Shown: positions 18,136 through 27,876 of the stretch, piece by piece
Layout: each line of letters begins with the position of its first letter
Position numbering within the stretch: position 1 is the stretch's first letter
From: an uncultured Lentimicrobiaceae bacterium
GTDB lineage: Bacteria > Bacteroidota > Bacteroidia > Bacteroidales > F082
Direction of reading: 5' to 3'
NCBI GenBank assembly: GCA_964598065.1
Contig: CAZRAW010000001.1
Span: forward strand, 1 to 58,678
Length of the DNA: 58,678 bases
Notes under the pieces: model-generated
The model's database searches: none
Seen by the model: the letters and a program-made list of their open reading frames with translations, nothing else
What the model was told of the DNA's origin: nothing
Made by a program: the position numbers and the translations under genes

Positions 18136-19248
18136 TTAATGATGTTTGGGCACTTCTGTTGCCATTCCAAAATAGAGTGCAGAAAGCAATACAAAAACAT
18201 AAGCCTGGATAAAGGCAATCAATACTTCAAGCAGGTCCAAAAAAACGGCAAAAGCCATGGAAAATACGGAAACACCATACCCCATACCAACACTAACCTT
18301 TCCAAAAATAAAAATAAGACTAATAAATCCGAGAAGTACAATATGCCCGGAAACCATATTGGCAAAAAGACGAACCATCAGAACAAAAGGTTTAGTGAAA
18401 ATTCCCATAATCTCAACAAACGGCAAAAGCGGAATCGGAAATTTTAACCACCACGGTACACCGGGGGTATTGAGAATATCTTTCCAGTAATGTTTGTTCC
18501 CGCTCACCGTTGTAATCACAAAGGTAAAGACCGCCATAACACCGGTAACAGCAATATTTCCCGTTACATTGGAACCTCCGGGGAATATAGGTATAATCCC
18601 CATAAGATTGCTGAAAAAGATAAAAAAGAAGAGCGTAAGCAGGTAGGGTAAATACCGTTCGTATTTAGCCTCTCCTATTGAAACCTTGGCCACATCATCC
18701 CGGATAAACAAAACCAACGGCTCCAAAAAAGATTGTAATCCTTTTGGTGCTTTCCCTTTTCTCTTTTTGTAAGATTTGGCAATGGAAAGAAAAAGGATAA
18801 CCACCAGAAAGCTATCAATAAAAATTCCAAATACTGTTTTGGTGATGGAGATATCCAATGCCGGCAACACCTCTTTCCCCTGAGCATCTTTTCGAACCAG
18901 CTTTCCAATATTCGAGCCTTTTTTTGCTATATAATATCCTTTGTAAGAGGCGTATCCGTGTTTTAGCCTCGAAGAAGAAAAAACAATCCAGTGCCCCTGG
19001 TCATAAAGAATAACAGGCAAATACAGAGAAACATGATGTTCCCCCACATTAAAAAAATGCCATTCATAAGAATCAGTTACGTCGTCAACTATTATTTTTC
19101 CAATCTTAGGTTTTTCTTTTTTCGTATGGGAAACTTCCTTTGAAGAAGATGCATGATTCCCTGCCATTAAACTAAGTGGCACAACGGAGAAAAAAGAAAA
19201 AAAGAAAAAAAGTATAATTATTTGATTTACAGATGTTTTTCTCACCAT
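18136..19248 (-). CDS. atpB: ATP synthase F0 subunit a (long Bacteroidota type)
   Basis: APKGLQSFLE, VRLFANM (essential Arg), IQAYVF. ATG at 19248; the track starts at 19257. Confidence 0.97.
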   Translation of the reverse strand: MVRKTSVNQIIILFFFFSFFSVVPLSLMAGNHASSSKEVSHTKKEKPKIGKIIVDDVTDSYEWHFFNVGEHHVSLYLPVILYDQGHWIVFSSSRLKHGYASYKGYYIAKKGSNIGKLVRKDAQGKEVLPALDISITKTVFGIFIDSFLVVILFLSIAKSYKKRKGKAPKGLQSFLEPLVLFIRDDVAKVSIGEAKYERYLPYLLTLFFFIFFSNLMGIIPIFPGGSNVTGNIAVTGVMAVFTFVITTVSGNKHYWKDILNTPGVPWWLKFPIPLLPFVEIMGIFTKPFVLMVRLFANMVSGHIVLLGFISLIFIFGKVSVGMGYGVSVFSMAFAVFLDLLEVLIAFIQAYVFVLLSALYFGMATEVPKHH

Positions 19249-19353
19249 GACTAACAAAAGTATTCGTTTTTTAACTCGTGTGCAATTTTACGAAGAAAAG
19301 CTGTAAAAATAAAAGGCTTTTTAAATTAATTTAAACATGCAATATTTATAATA

Positions 19354-19691
19354 CCTTAATTCCGCAGGCTACTTCGTAATGAAGTGCCGAAATGTGCGTT
19401 AGAATTGGCAAGCGCAGTGAAAAAGTATCACAGCCGTAGCACCGGCTACGGTGAGAAACTTTAAACGAGCATTATCAATAATGGCGTGCAGTTTGGTACT
19501 GTAATAGATTTAGCCTGCGGATTTAAGGGATTGTTATGAAATAACCTATCCGTTTTGACTCGTTCTTTTGCCCTTTTTCATCGTTGCAAAAGTTTTAAAT
19601 AAACTGTGGCTATTCGCAACTTTTGCGTCTTGAAAAAGCACAAAATTACTTCGCCGATTCCAGATACGTTATTTCATAATAAACCCTAAGG
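19354..19691. mobile_element. MITE-like palindromic element (175 bp without its insert), interrupted in the right terminal repeat
   Basis: Terminal inverted repeats CCTTAATTCCGCAGGCTA / TAGCCTGCGGATTTAAGG (17/18), flanked by TA on both sides; central hairpin CCGTAGC-accg-GCTACGG. Confidence 0.7.
19527..19686. mobile_element. 160-bp MITE-like element with TAA target-site duplication, nested in the previous element
   Basis: 19-bp terminal inverted repeats GGGATTGTTATGAAATAAC / GTTATTTCATAATAAACCC (17/19); TAA at 19524-19526 and 19687-19689; internal arms CTTTTTCA/TGAAAAAG and GCAAAAGTT/AACTTTTGC. Confidence 0.72.
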
Positions 19692-19822
19692 TAATACTCA
19701 ATATCTTGTTTTTCAATTGGTTTTTGACTGTTTTTTAATTTTTCGGGACGTTTTTGTTTTGTTGAATAATTATTTTTTGTATATTCACGGCAGAAAAAAA
19801 TTAATTCATAAAAACTCTTATT

Positions 19823-20326
19823 ATGAAAAGTATAGCCGTTATATTATTTGGCCTACTCCTGATGGCCGCTGCCTGCAACTCTCCAAAAACCCCAAAGGCA
19901 AATAATCCGGACAACAAAAAAGCTGTTGCCAATGTGTTGGAAAAATATGTTATTGCTAATGAGAATCAGGATTTTCCCATGATTGAACAAATCTGGGCTC
20001 CTGACAGTGACATTATTTTATTCGGCACCAACTCAGACGAAAAACTTATGGGATGGAATAACATTAAAAGAGCTATTAAACAGCAGTTTGCCAGCATTAG
20101 CGAAACCTATATTTCTCCAACCGATCAGTTTATTAATCTAAATCCCGAGCAAAATACAGCCTGGTTTGCAGAGATTTTAAATTATAATTTTATCTATCGG
20201 GGAAAAGCAAAAAGTTTTGACGGCGTCCGTTTCACCGGTGTTATGGAAAAGCGGAAAGACGGATGGAAAATCGTACAGGCTCACCTTTCCATTCCCGCCC
20301 ACATCAATTTAAGGACGAAGAAATAA
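19823..20326 (+). CDS. NTF2/SnoaL-like domain lipoprotein
   Basis: Lipobox MAAAC; C-terminal RFTGVMEKRKDGWKIVQAHLS typical of SnoaL/NTF2-fold proteins. Confidence 0.85.
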   Translation: MKSIAVILFGLLLMAAACNSPKTPKANNPDNKKAVANVLEKYVIANENQDFPMIEQIWAPDSDIILFGTNSDEKLMGWNNIKRAIKQQFASISETYISPTDQFINLNPEQNTAWFAEILNYNFIYRGKAKSFDGVRFTGVMEKRKDGWKIVQAHLSIPAHINLRTKK

Positions 20327-20340
20327 TTTGTAATACAAAT

Positions 20341-20364
20341 AAGGTCTGTTATCAGGCCTTTTTT
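20341..20364 (+). terminator. Intrinsic terminator
   Basis: AAGGTCTG-ttat-CAGGCCTT followed by a T run. Confidence 0.6.
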
Positions 20365-20433
20365 GTTTTTACGTCAATCAAATCTATTTCGCCAAAAAAA
20401 TTATGACCAAAGATTCAGGTTATTATCGATTGC

Positions 20434-20985
20434 TTATTTGGAGTCTAACGGATTAGCCGTAATGGTAGACAGGATTTCAACCGATAAGGTAAAGGTAAAA
20501 TCATCCTCATCAGTGGTCCCTGAAAAAGCAACCGTAAAAGGCTTTTTGGCACTAAGAATTTTATCGAATTCAGTCCATTGCCCGTCAGTATTATCTAAGG
20601 TAAAAGTACCTCCGTTTTTAATAGCCACATTAGTAAAGGTCCAGCTTGCCGAATCTGCAGTGGAAGAGAAAGTAATGGTACCACTCTTCAAAACAGCCTC
20701 TTTGGAAACATTTTTAAATGTACCTGTCAATTTTGTAACATGCCACGATTTAATGAGGTTCAGATATTTGGAAACATCGGAATTATCGGTAGGATTAATG
20801 GTAGCACTTCCGTTAAAGGAACCTTGTACAGCTTCAATGGAACCTGAAGCAGGCACCGTAACGGGAATGTCAACGGTGTAATCAGCATTAAATGTAACAT
20901 CCAGCAAGGATTTAATCTTTTCGCATCCCGTACTGAACAAAAGTCCGGATACAAGAATAGCGGCAAAAAACATTTTCATTTTCAT
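20434..20985 (-). CDS. Hypothetical beta-rich lipoprotein
   Basis: Lipobox FSTGC; Thr/Ser-rich alternating pattern; -7 box TATCTTTG at 21021-21028. Confidence 0.8.
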   Translation of the reverse strand: MKMKMFFAAILVSGLLFSTGCEKIKSLLDVTFNADYTVDIPVTVPASGSIEAVQGSFNGSATINPTDNSDVSKYLNLIKSWHVTKLTGTFKNVSKEAVLKSGTITFSSTADSASWTFTNVAIKNGGTFTLDNTDGQWTEFDKILSAKKPFTVAFSGTTDEDDFTFTLSVEILSTITANPLDSK

Positions 20986-21276
20986 AGTCTTGTATTTAAG
21001 GGGTTAGTAAATAATCGGTTCAAAGATAAGTAAAATAATTATAAGCTGCTGATTTATCTTTTCTAAACCAAACTACCCTGTAAACAAAGAAAAATGATAT
21101 GTAATAGTCCGGTATATTTTTACCCTGGAATCCCGCAATCGTTATAAACAGAAGTCCCCGGGAACCGAGAAGCCTGCGCAGGGAAAAAAGAGAACGGGGT
21201 TGTTTTTTTATTTGTTTCCTATCCGGAAAATGATGAATTTTACCGGCTGAAAAAATAAAAATTAAAACTATCTAAA

Positions 21277-21285
21277 TAAGGAGGT
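21277..21285 (+). promoter_or_regulatory. Perfect Shine-Dalgarno sequence before enolase
   Basis: TAAGGAGGT, with GGAGG 5 nt before ATG 21290. Confidence 0.7.
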
Positions 21286-21289
21286 TAAA

Positions 21290-22567
21290 ATGTTAAATAA
21301 CAAAATAAGCGGCATTCGTGCCATGGAAATCCTCGATTCAAGAGGAAACCCTACGGTAAGGGTTTATTTGGAACTCAGCGATGGAACACAAGCTGTTGCT
21401 TCCGTTCCTTCGGGAGCCAGTACAGGCGAAAACGAAGCTGTTGAGCTGCGTGATGGCGACAAAAAACGCTATGACGGAAAAGGCGTCCTGAAAGCCGTCG
21501 AAAATGTGAGCAAAGTGATTGCGCCCGCTCTTTTGGGCATGCATGCTCATGAGCAGTCAATTATCGACCGCAAAATGATTGAAATGGATGGCACCAAAAA
21601 CAAATCGAAACTTGGCGCCAACGCCATTTTAGGCGTTTCCATGGCTGTGGCACGTGCTGCTGCCGCGTCAGCACACATTCCTTTGTATCAGTACCTTGGC
21701 GGCGCCGGCGCACGTCGTATTCCTGTTCCCTGTATGAATATTCTGAACGGAGGGGCCCATGCTGATAATAGTGTTGATTTTCAGGAGTTTATGGCTGTAC
21801 CGATTGGAGCACCCAATTTTCGCGAAGGTCTGCGCTACGTGGCAGAAACTTTCCATACATTAAAAGGTATTCTGAAAAACCGTGGTCTCTCTACCGGTGT
21901 AGGTGATGAAGGCGGTTTTGCTCCCAACCTCAACAGTAACGAGGATGTGGTTGAGACCATTATCCAGGCTATTGAAAAAGCCGGTTACAAACCCGGAAAA
22001 GACATTGCTATTGCCATTGACAATGCAGCGAGTTCTTTCTGCATTGATAACAAAAATCAATATGACCTCAAATGGTCGGGGGCCGGAAAAATGGACAGCA
22101 CCGGTCTTATTGACCTCGCCGAAGAATGGGTTTCAAAGTATCCTATTGTGTTATGGGAAGACCCGCTGGCTGAAAATGACTGGGAAGGTTTTAAAAAATT
22201 CACCGAACGTCTTGGTGACAAAATTGAAGTTGTTGGTGATGATAATTTCGTAACCAATATCGAATACATTGCCCGTGGAATTAAAGAAGGCACTGCCAAT
22301 TCGGCACTCATCAAACTGAACCAGATTGGCACGGTGAGTGAGACCATTGAAGCTGTACGTATGTGTCGCGATGCAGGATGGCGTTACTTTATCTCACACC
22401 GTTCGGGCGAAACATCCGATGCTTTCCTCGCCGATTTTGCCGTAGCCATGGATGGCGGACATCTGAAAACCGGCTCTGCGAGCAGAAGTGAACGTTTGGC
22501 CAAATACAACCGCCTGATGGAGATTGAACAGGAACTTGGTGGCACCTCTTTCTATTACTGGAAATAA
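21290..22567 (+). CDS. eno: Enolase (phosphopyruvate hydratase)
   Basis: EILDSRGNPTV, VPSGASTG, GDEGGFAP, VGDD, LIKLNQIGT, SHRSGET, KTGS...RSER. Confidence 0.97.
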   Translation: MLNNKISGIRAMEILDSRGNPTVRVYLELSDGTQAVASVPSGASTGENEAVELRDGDKKRYDGKGVLKAVENVSKVIAPALLGMHAHEQSIIDRKMIEMDGTKNKSKLGANAILGVSMAVARAAAASAHIPLYQYLGGAGARRIPVPCMNILNGGAHADNSVDFQEFMAVPIGAPNFREGLRYVAETFHTLKGILKNRGLSTGVGDEGGFAPNLNSNEDVVETIIQAIEKAGYKPGKDIAIAIDNAASSFCIDNKNQYDLKWSGAGKMDSTGLIDLAEEWVSKYPIVLWEDPLAENDWEGFKKFTERLGDKIEVVGDDNFVTNIEYIARGIKEGTANSALIKLNQIGTVSETIEAVRMCRDAGWRYFISHRSGETSDAFLADFAVAMDGGHLKTGSASRSERLAKYNRLMEIEQELGGTSFYYWK

Positions 22568-22586
22568 TTTTTTCAAATATATTTAT

Positions 22587-22621
22587 AAAAGGGCTGTTCA
22601 TCAAATTTGGGCAGCCTTTTT
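22587..22621 (+). terminator. Intrinsic terminator after eno
   Basis: AAAAGGGCTGTTCA...TGGGCAGCCTTTTT imperfect stem with T tail. Confidence 0.7.
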
Positions 22622-22817
22622 ATTTTCACAAAATTCATCTAATTATTTGGTAAAAGACCTATTTTTGAAAAAAAAAGGATTGTATGGACAAGAGATATTG
22701 AAAATTCTTCTGTCGGAGGATGTGCCTCAGAAAAGAAGATCGCCAGAAACAGAACAACAGAAAAGCCAATAACAGGATATTCGAAAGATGTAAAGGTTCA
22801 TTTATGAATTGACGACT

Positions 22818-25043
22818 ATGAAAAAAGCAACTTCCCGACGACCGGAAAAAAACATGGGGACAGCTCCGGTTTATTTTACTGCTATTTCTACTATTCTCGG
22901 AGCTATTTTGTTTTTGCGTTTCGGCGTGGCGGTGGGCACTGTCGGGGTGGCAGGAGTTCTCCTTCTCATCCTGATAGGACACATGGTTACACTTCCCACA
23001 TCCATGGCTATTTCCGAGATTGCCACCAACCAAAAGGTAGAGGGAGGTGGAGAGTATTATATGATTTCCCGTTCTTTCGGATTAAATATCGGGGCCACCA
23101 TTGGCATTTCCCTTTACTTGTCACAGGCCATCAGCGTCGCTTTTTATATTATTGCTTTTACGGAAGCATTTACACCGCTGCTCCATTTCGTTCAGGTTCA
23201 TTACGATCTTTTCATTCCGAGGCAGGCCATTAGTATTCCGTCTTTATTAATTCTCGGATTTCTCATTTGGAGAAAGGGAGCCTCTCTCGGAATAAAAATG
23301 TTGTATGTGGTGGTAGCCATATTGCTGTTGGCACTAACAGCTTTTTTCCTAGGTCATCCCGTTTCCGGGGTTGCTTCCGCTAAAGAGGTTGTTGAACCTT
23401 TGCGCAATACGGACCAGCTGTTTATCATGCTTGCCATTATTTTTCCGGCTTTTACAGGGATGGATGCCGGTGTCGGATTATCGGGCGACCTAAAGAGTCC
23501 GCAAAAATCCATTCCGCACGGAACTTTGTGGGCAACCCTTTCGGGGATGATTATTTATGTTTTCGTAGTCATTAAGCTGAATGCTTCGGCCACCCCACAG
23601 GAGCTCATGTCGCAACCTTTGATTATGAGCAAAATTGCGCTGTTCGGATGGATTATTATTCCTCTCGGACTGGCGGCGGCAACCCTTTCCAGTGCCATTG
23701 GTTCTTTTTTGGTTGCGCCACGTACCTTGCAGGCTATTGCCGTTGATAAGTCTTTTCCATCCGAAAAAATGAATACGCTGTTGGGCAAAGGCAAAGGAAA
23801 AACCAACGAACCTCAAAGCGCCACTTTTTTCACTCTTTTGCTGGCATTGGTATTTGTAACACTGGGAAGCGTGGATGCAGTTGCAAAAATTATTTCCATG
23901 TTTTTCATGATTACTTACGCCTCAATGAATCTGATATCTTTTCTAAACCATTTTGGTTCCGATCCTTCCTACCGGCCTACTTTCCAGTCAAAATGGTATT
24001 TTTCGCTCGCCGGGTTTCTTTTTGCTACTGTTTTGATGTTTTTGATGAACCCTTTATATGCTTTCATTTCAGTAGTTGCCATTTTTCTGCTGTATTTTTT
24101 AATGAAACGTATGCATCAGGACAGAAGAGGACTCGAAAACATTTTTCATGGCGTTATGTTTCAAATTAGCCGTAAGCTGATTGTTTACCTGCAAAGCGGC
24201 TCCCTGAAAGAGAGAACATGGCGCCCTTCTGCCATCTGCATTTCATCTGACACCTTTGAACGAGATAAGATTTTTGATTTGCTCAACTGGATTTCCTATT
24301 CGCATGGTTTTGGCACTTATATGCATTTTATTCAGGGTTATTACTCACGTGAAACTCACAAAGAAGCAAAACAAATTATGGACCGCCTGATTACGAAAGC
24401 AAACAAAACAGCAGGAAATATGATTGTGGACACCATCATTTCTCCTTCTTATACTTCTGCTATTGCTCAGATCATTCAGACCCCCGGAATATCCGGCGTA
24501 GAGAACAACATTGTTATATTTGAGTACGACAAGCACCAGCCCGACCAGCTTCCTCAAATTATTGAAAACCTGCGTATGGTTCAGGCCGGCGATTTTGATA
24601 TTTGCATTCTCGGGAGTTCCATGAGGAATATTAAATACGATAACGGCATTCATATTTGGATTCGTGACCTAAACAGGGATAACGAACGTCTGATGATCCT
24701 TCTCAGCTATGTCATTCTGGGGCATCCGGCATGGAAGAATGCCAGCATAAGTCTTTTCACACTCTCTCCCAAAAACAAAATGGAAGAAACCAGAAACAAT
24801 ATCGCCCGGTTTGTGCTGGGAGGACGGCTACCTGTTTCAAGAAAAAATATTACCGTTATTGAGCAGGATCCCAAAATAAACTTCAGAACTTTACTGGCGC
24901 AACACTCTTCCGAAGCAGCGCTTGTCGTTGTCGGGTTTTATAACGAACAGCTTAAACATGAAGGACAAAAACATTTTGAAGGATTTGATGGGGTGGGGGA
25001 CATCTTGTTTGTGAATGCACACGATTTACTGGAGATAACTTAA
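22818..25043 (+). CDS. APC-superfamily transporter, SLC12 / cation-chloride cotransporter (CCC) family
   Basis: TILGAILFLR, GGGEYYMISRSFG...GATIG, FPAFTG..AG..LSGDLKSP and APRTLQAIA; about 12 TMs, then a cytoplasmic domain starting WRP. Start uncertain (22809, 22818 or further downstream). Confidence 0.88.
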   Translation: MKKATSRRPEKNMGTAPVYFTAISTILGAILFLRFGVAVGTVGVAGVLLLILIGHMVTLPTSMAISEIATNQKVEGGGEYYMISRSFGLNIGATIGISLYLSQAISVAFYIIAFTEAFTPLLHFVQVHYDLFIPRQAISIPSLLILGFLIWRKGASLGIKMLYVVVAILLLALTAFFLGHPVSGVASAKEVVEPLRNTDQLFIMLAIIFPAFTGMDAGVGLSGDLKSPQKSIPHGTLWATLSGMIIYVFVVIKLNASATPQELMSQPLIMSKIALFGWIIIPLGLAAATLSSAIGSFLVAPRTLQAIAVDKSFPSEKMNTLLGKGKGKTNEPQSATFFTLLLALVFVTLGSVDAVAKIISMFFMITYASMNLISFLNHFGSDPSYRPTFQSKWYFSLAGFLFATVLMFLMNPLYAFISVVAIFLLYFLMKRMHQDRRGLENIFHGVMFQISRKLIVYLQSGSLKERTWRPSAICISSDTFERDKIFDLLNWISYSHGFGTYMHFIQGYYSRETHKEAKQIMDRLITKANKTAGNMIVDTIISPSYTSAIAQIIQTPGISGVENNIVIFEYDKHQPDQLPQIIENLRMVQAGDFDICILGSSMRNIKYDNGIHIWIRDLNRDNERLMILLSYVILGHPAWKNASISLFTLSPKNKMEETRNNIARFVLGGRLPVSRKNITVIEQDPKINFRTLLAQHSSEAALVVVGFYNEQLKHEGQKHFEGFDGVGDILFVNAHDLLEIT

Positions 25044-25144
25044 CCTGTTTTATCCATATATTTATTTTTGAAATATGAATAAATTATACCGCTGGAATAA
25101 ACTTTCTTTATTTTCTGTACATTTGCCTCTCAAAACTAAGCGAA

Positions 25145-25843
25145 ATGATGTCTAATAATCAGTTTGTTGTCATTGGAATAGGGCAATTCGGAGAAGCTAT
25201 AGCACGGACACTCTCCGAAAAAGGAGCCGAAGTACTGGCTATTGATAAGAGTCAGGAAAAGGTGGATTATATTGCCAATGATGTAGCTTATGCCGTTGTA
25301 TTAGACTCCACTGATAAAAATGCCCTTATCTCTCAAAATATTCAGAATTACGATGCGGTGGTTATTGCTATTGGCGAAGATTTTGAAGAATTGCTGCTCA
25401 CCGCCGTAAACCTTATTGAACTGAATATCAAAAGAATAATTGTCAGGGCAAAAGGCAAAGTAAACCGTTTGATTTTGGAAAAGCTGGGACTAAACGAAAT
25501 TTTCTCTCCCGAATATGCCGTAGGTGCCGTAGTTGCCGAACGACTGCTGAACCCAAGCATTGTGAACTTCCTCGACCTCCCGGATGGCTATACCATAACG
25601 GAAATAAAAGCTCCCAAATCTGTTATCGGACAAACACTGGAATCTATTCAGCTCAGAGAATCCTATAACATCAACCTTGTTACCATCAAAAATGAAGTGG
25701 AAGAGAAAGAGGGTGATAAAATCATCAAAAGGCAACATATTAAAGGGGTTCCTCACAGAAATACTGTCATCAACGAAAACGATTATATTGTTGTCTTTGG
25801 TAGTACCCGTGATATTCGGAAATTTATCGACATAAACAGTTAG
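25145..25843 (+). CDS. ktrA: KtrA/TrkA family K+ uptake regulatory (RCK) subunit
   Basis: Rossmann motif VIGIGQFG; RCK_N plus RCK_C; -7 box TACATTTG at 25118-25125. Confidence 0.92.
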   Translation: MMSNNQFVVIGIGQFGEAIARTLSEKGAEVLAIDKSQEKVDYIANDVAYAVVLDSTDKNALISQNIQNYDAVVIAIGEDFEELLLTAVNLIELNIKRIIVRAKGKVNRLILEKLGLNEIFSPEYAVGAVVAERLLNPSIVNFLDLPDGYTITEIKAPKSVIGQTLESIQLRESYNINLVTIKNEVEEKEGDKIIKRQHIKGVPHRNTVINENDYIVVFGSTRDIRKFIDINS

Positions 25844-25849
25844 TCGGTT

Positions 25850-27646
25850 ATGCCCCCCAGGCTTTTTAAAATAAGAGAGAAGATTAATCTTCGGATATTT
25901 AGCAGCAAAAACTTTGTTACACAGGCTTTTCATGTGCTTAGTTTTTTGGTTCTTTCCTTTGTGATTGGCGTTGCAATTTATTATTACGGATTCCCAAAAA
26001 CCGGTAGTTCCCTCCGTTTAACCGAGAGGACCATGGTATTTAGCCTGATTTTCTTTTCTCTCCGTTACATTATTTTTGTTTTCTATGATTTTCACCCGTT
26101 GGAATTTATAAAACAAAATAAGATTGAAGGAGGAACATTACTTTTCTTTTTACTTTATATTATTTTCCCTACTCTTTTCAACAGATTAATTTTTAAGGGT
26201 TTGTTTAATGATTTGGTCAATAATCACTCTTTATTACTGCTTCAGCTTTATTTCATTGTTATTATTGTTGTCGAACTTGGAAAATCGGGTTCTAAAATTA
26301 CAGCATTAAACCTGAAACCGGCTACCTTGCTGGTACTTTCATTCGTGCTGCTCATTGGCACCGGTACCGGCCTTTTGATGCTTCCCCAAATGACCATCGG
26401 ACACCATTTTAATTTCCTTAACTCGCTTTTTACGGCTACCAGCGCCAGTTGTGTAACCGGGCTGATTGTGGTGGATACCGCTACCTTCTTTACTCTAAAG
26501 GGAAAACTCGTTATAATGATGCTGATTCAGCTTGGCGGTATCAACATTATTTCGTTTGCTACCTTTTTTGCCACTTTCTCCAAATCATCGGGAAGTATAA
26601 AATATCAGTCGCTGATTAAAGAGTTCCTGAGTACCGAAAAATTGTCCGATTCAAAAAATATTTTGAGAAGCATTGTGGAATTCAGTTTGTTGATGGAAGC
26701 TATTGGGACGCTGCTCCTATATTTTTCCTGGGGTAATGTTCATTTTGGCAGCTGGAAAACACAACTCTTCAACTCTGTTTTTCATGCCGTTTCAGCCTTT
26801 AACAACGCCGGTTTTTCCACCTTTTCCAACAACCTTGCCGAAAACGGTGTCCGAAATCTGTACGGGCTTCAGGTTATAATCATTTTTCTTATCTTTTTCG
26901 GAGGGTTTGGTTTTGTAGCCATGCAGGATACTTTTAGCATAAAAAGTATCCGCAGAAGGATAAAAAATCCCTGGCGCAGACTCAATACCGGTACAAAAAT
27001 AACCCTTTACATGTCGCTGTTTTTAATTTCGTTAGGAGCTATTGTTTTTTACTTTCTTCAAAAAGGCAGTATGGCGGGAGATCCGTGGTATCAGGTTGCC
27101 GTCACCTCTGTTTTCCAGTCTGTTACCACCAGAACCGCCGGATTCAACACGGTAGATATAAGCAAGCTGAGTGTTTCGGTATTGCTATTCTTTATTTTTC
27201 TCATGTTTATTGGCGCCGGTCCCGGGTCAACGGGTGGCGGTATTAAAGTAACTACCTTCGCCGTGATTATAAAATCGGCCATCGCCACCATAAAAGGAGA
27301 AAAATCCGTAGTGTTTTTCAAAAGAACACTTCCGTTTAGCACCATCGACAAGGCTTATTCTATCGCATTGTTTTCCCTTTCGATGATATTTATTTCGACT
27401 TTCCTGCTTACCATTACAGAACCCGGGGTCGATTTGCTTAAATTATTTTTTGAAGAGTTTTCGGCATTTGGCACCGTAGGTCTTTCCATGGGCATAACAG
27501 CTTCGCTGACGGCTGCCGGGAAAGCCATTATTATTACCTCTATGTTTGTGGGAAGAATCGGGACACTGACTATGGCAATGGCATTAAGCACACGGGTCAT
27601 TTCAACCAATTTCCGTTATGCCGAGACTTCGGTGATGGTAGGATAA
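25850..27646 (+). CDS. ktrB: KtrB/TrkH family K+ uptake membrane subunit with extra N-terminal TMs
   Basis: Four pore-loop glycine motifs: SASCVTGL, FNNAGF, TRTAGF, FGTVGL; also GSTGGGIK and MFVGRIG. Confidence 0.93.
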   Translation: MPPRLFKIREKINLRIFSSKNFVTQAFHVLSFLVLSFVIGVAIYYYGFPKTGSSLRLTERTMVFSLIFFSLRYIIFVFYDFHPLEFIKQNKIEGGTLLFFLLYIIFPTLFNRLIFKGLFNDLVNNHSLLLLQLYFIVIIVVELGKSGSKITALNLKPATLLVLSFVLLIGTGTGLLMLPQMTIGHHFNFLNSLFTATSASCVTGLIVVDTATFFTLKGKLVIMMLIQLGGINIISFATFFATFSKSSGSIKYQSLIKEFLSTEKLSDSKNILRSIVEFSLLMEAIGTLLLYFSWGNVHFGSWKTQLFNSVFHAVSAFNNAGFSTFSNNLAENGVRNLYGLQVIIIFLIFFGGFGFVAMQDTFSIKSIRRRIKNPWRRLNTGTKITLYMSLFLISLGAIVFYFLQKGSMAGDPWYQVAVTSVFQSVTTRTAGFNTVDISKLSVSVLLFFIFLMFIGAGPGSTGGGIKVTTFAVIIKSAIATIKGEKSVVFFKRTLPFSTIDKAYSIALFSLSMIFISTFLLTITEPGVDLLKLFFEEFSAFGTVGLSMGITASLTAAGKAIIITSMFVGRIGTLTMAMALSTRVISTNFRYAETSVMVG

Positions 27647-27876
27647 AAATTAACCGTACAAAACAGGATGCTTATTATATTTTTGTTGTACTCCTTGAAA
27701 GTAAAGAGGAAGTTCCTTATTTTTGCTGTATTGTTATCCTAATACATAAAGGTGCTTCTTTCATTCTCCCGGAATTAATATAAATTTTCTGTGGGATGAT
27801 AAAAGCCGGGGTGCTTTAAAAGCGAAAAAAGGATAATTTAAGAAAGAAGCTTATTCAGTGATTAAAAAGATGAAAA

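Noticed and set aside
21030-21276. Fluoride riboswitch, often found before enolase genes
   Set aside because: The GGCGATGG...CGCC / GCTGATGAC core is not present.
27745-27835. Cobalamin or c-di-AMP riboswitch before the H+-ATPase unit (AAAGGTGC...TAAAAGCGAA)
   Set aside because: Only a superficial match; the downstream conserved boxes are missing.
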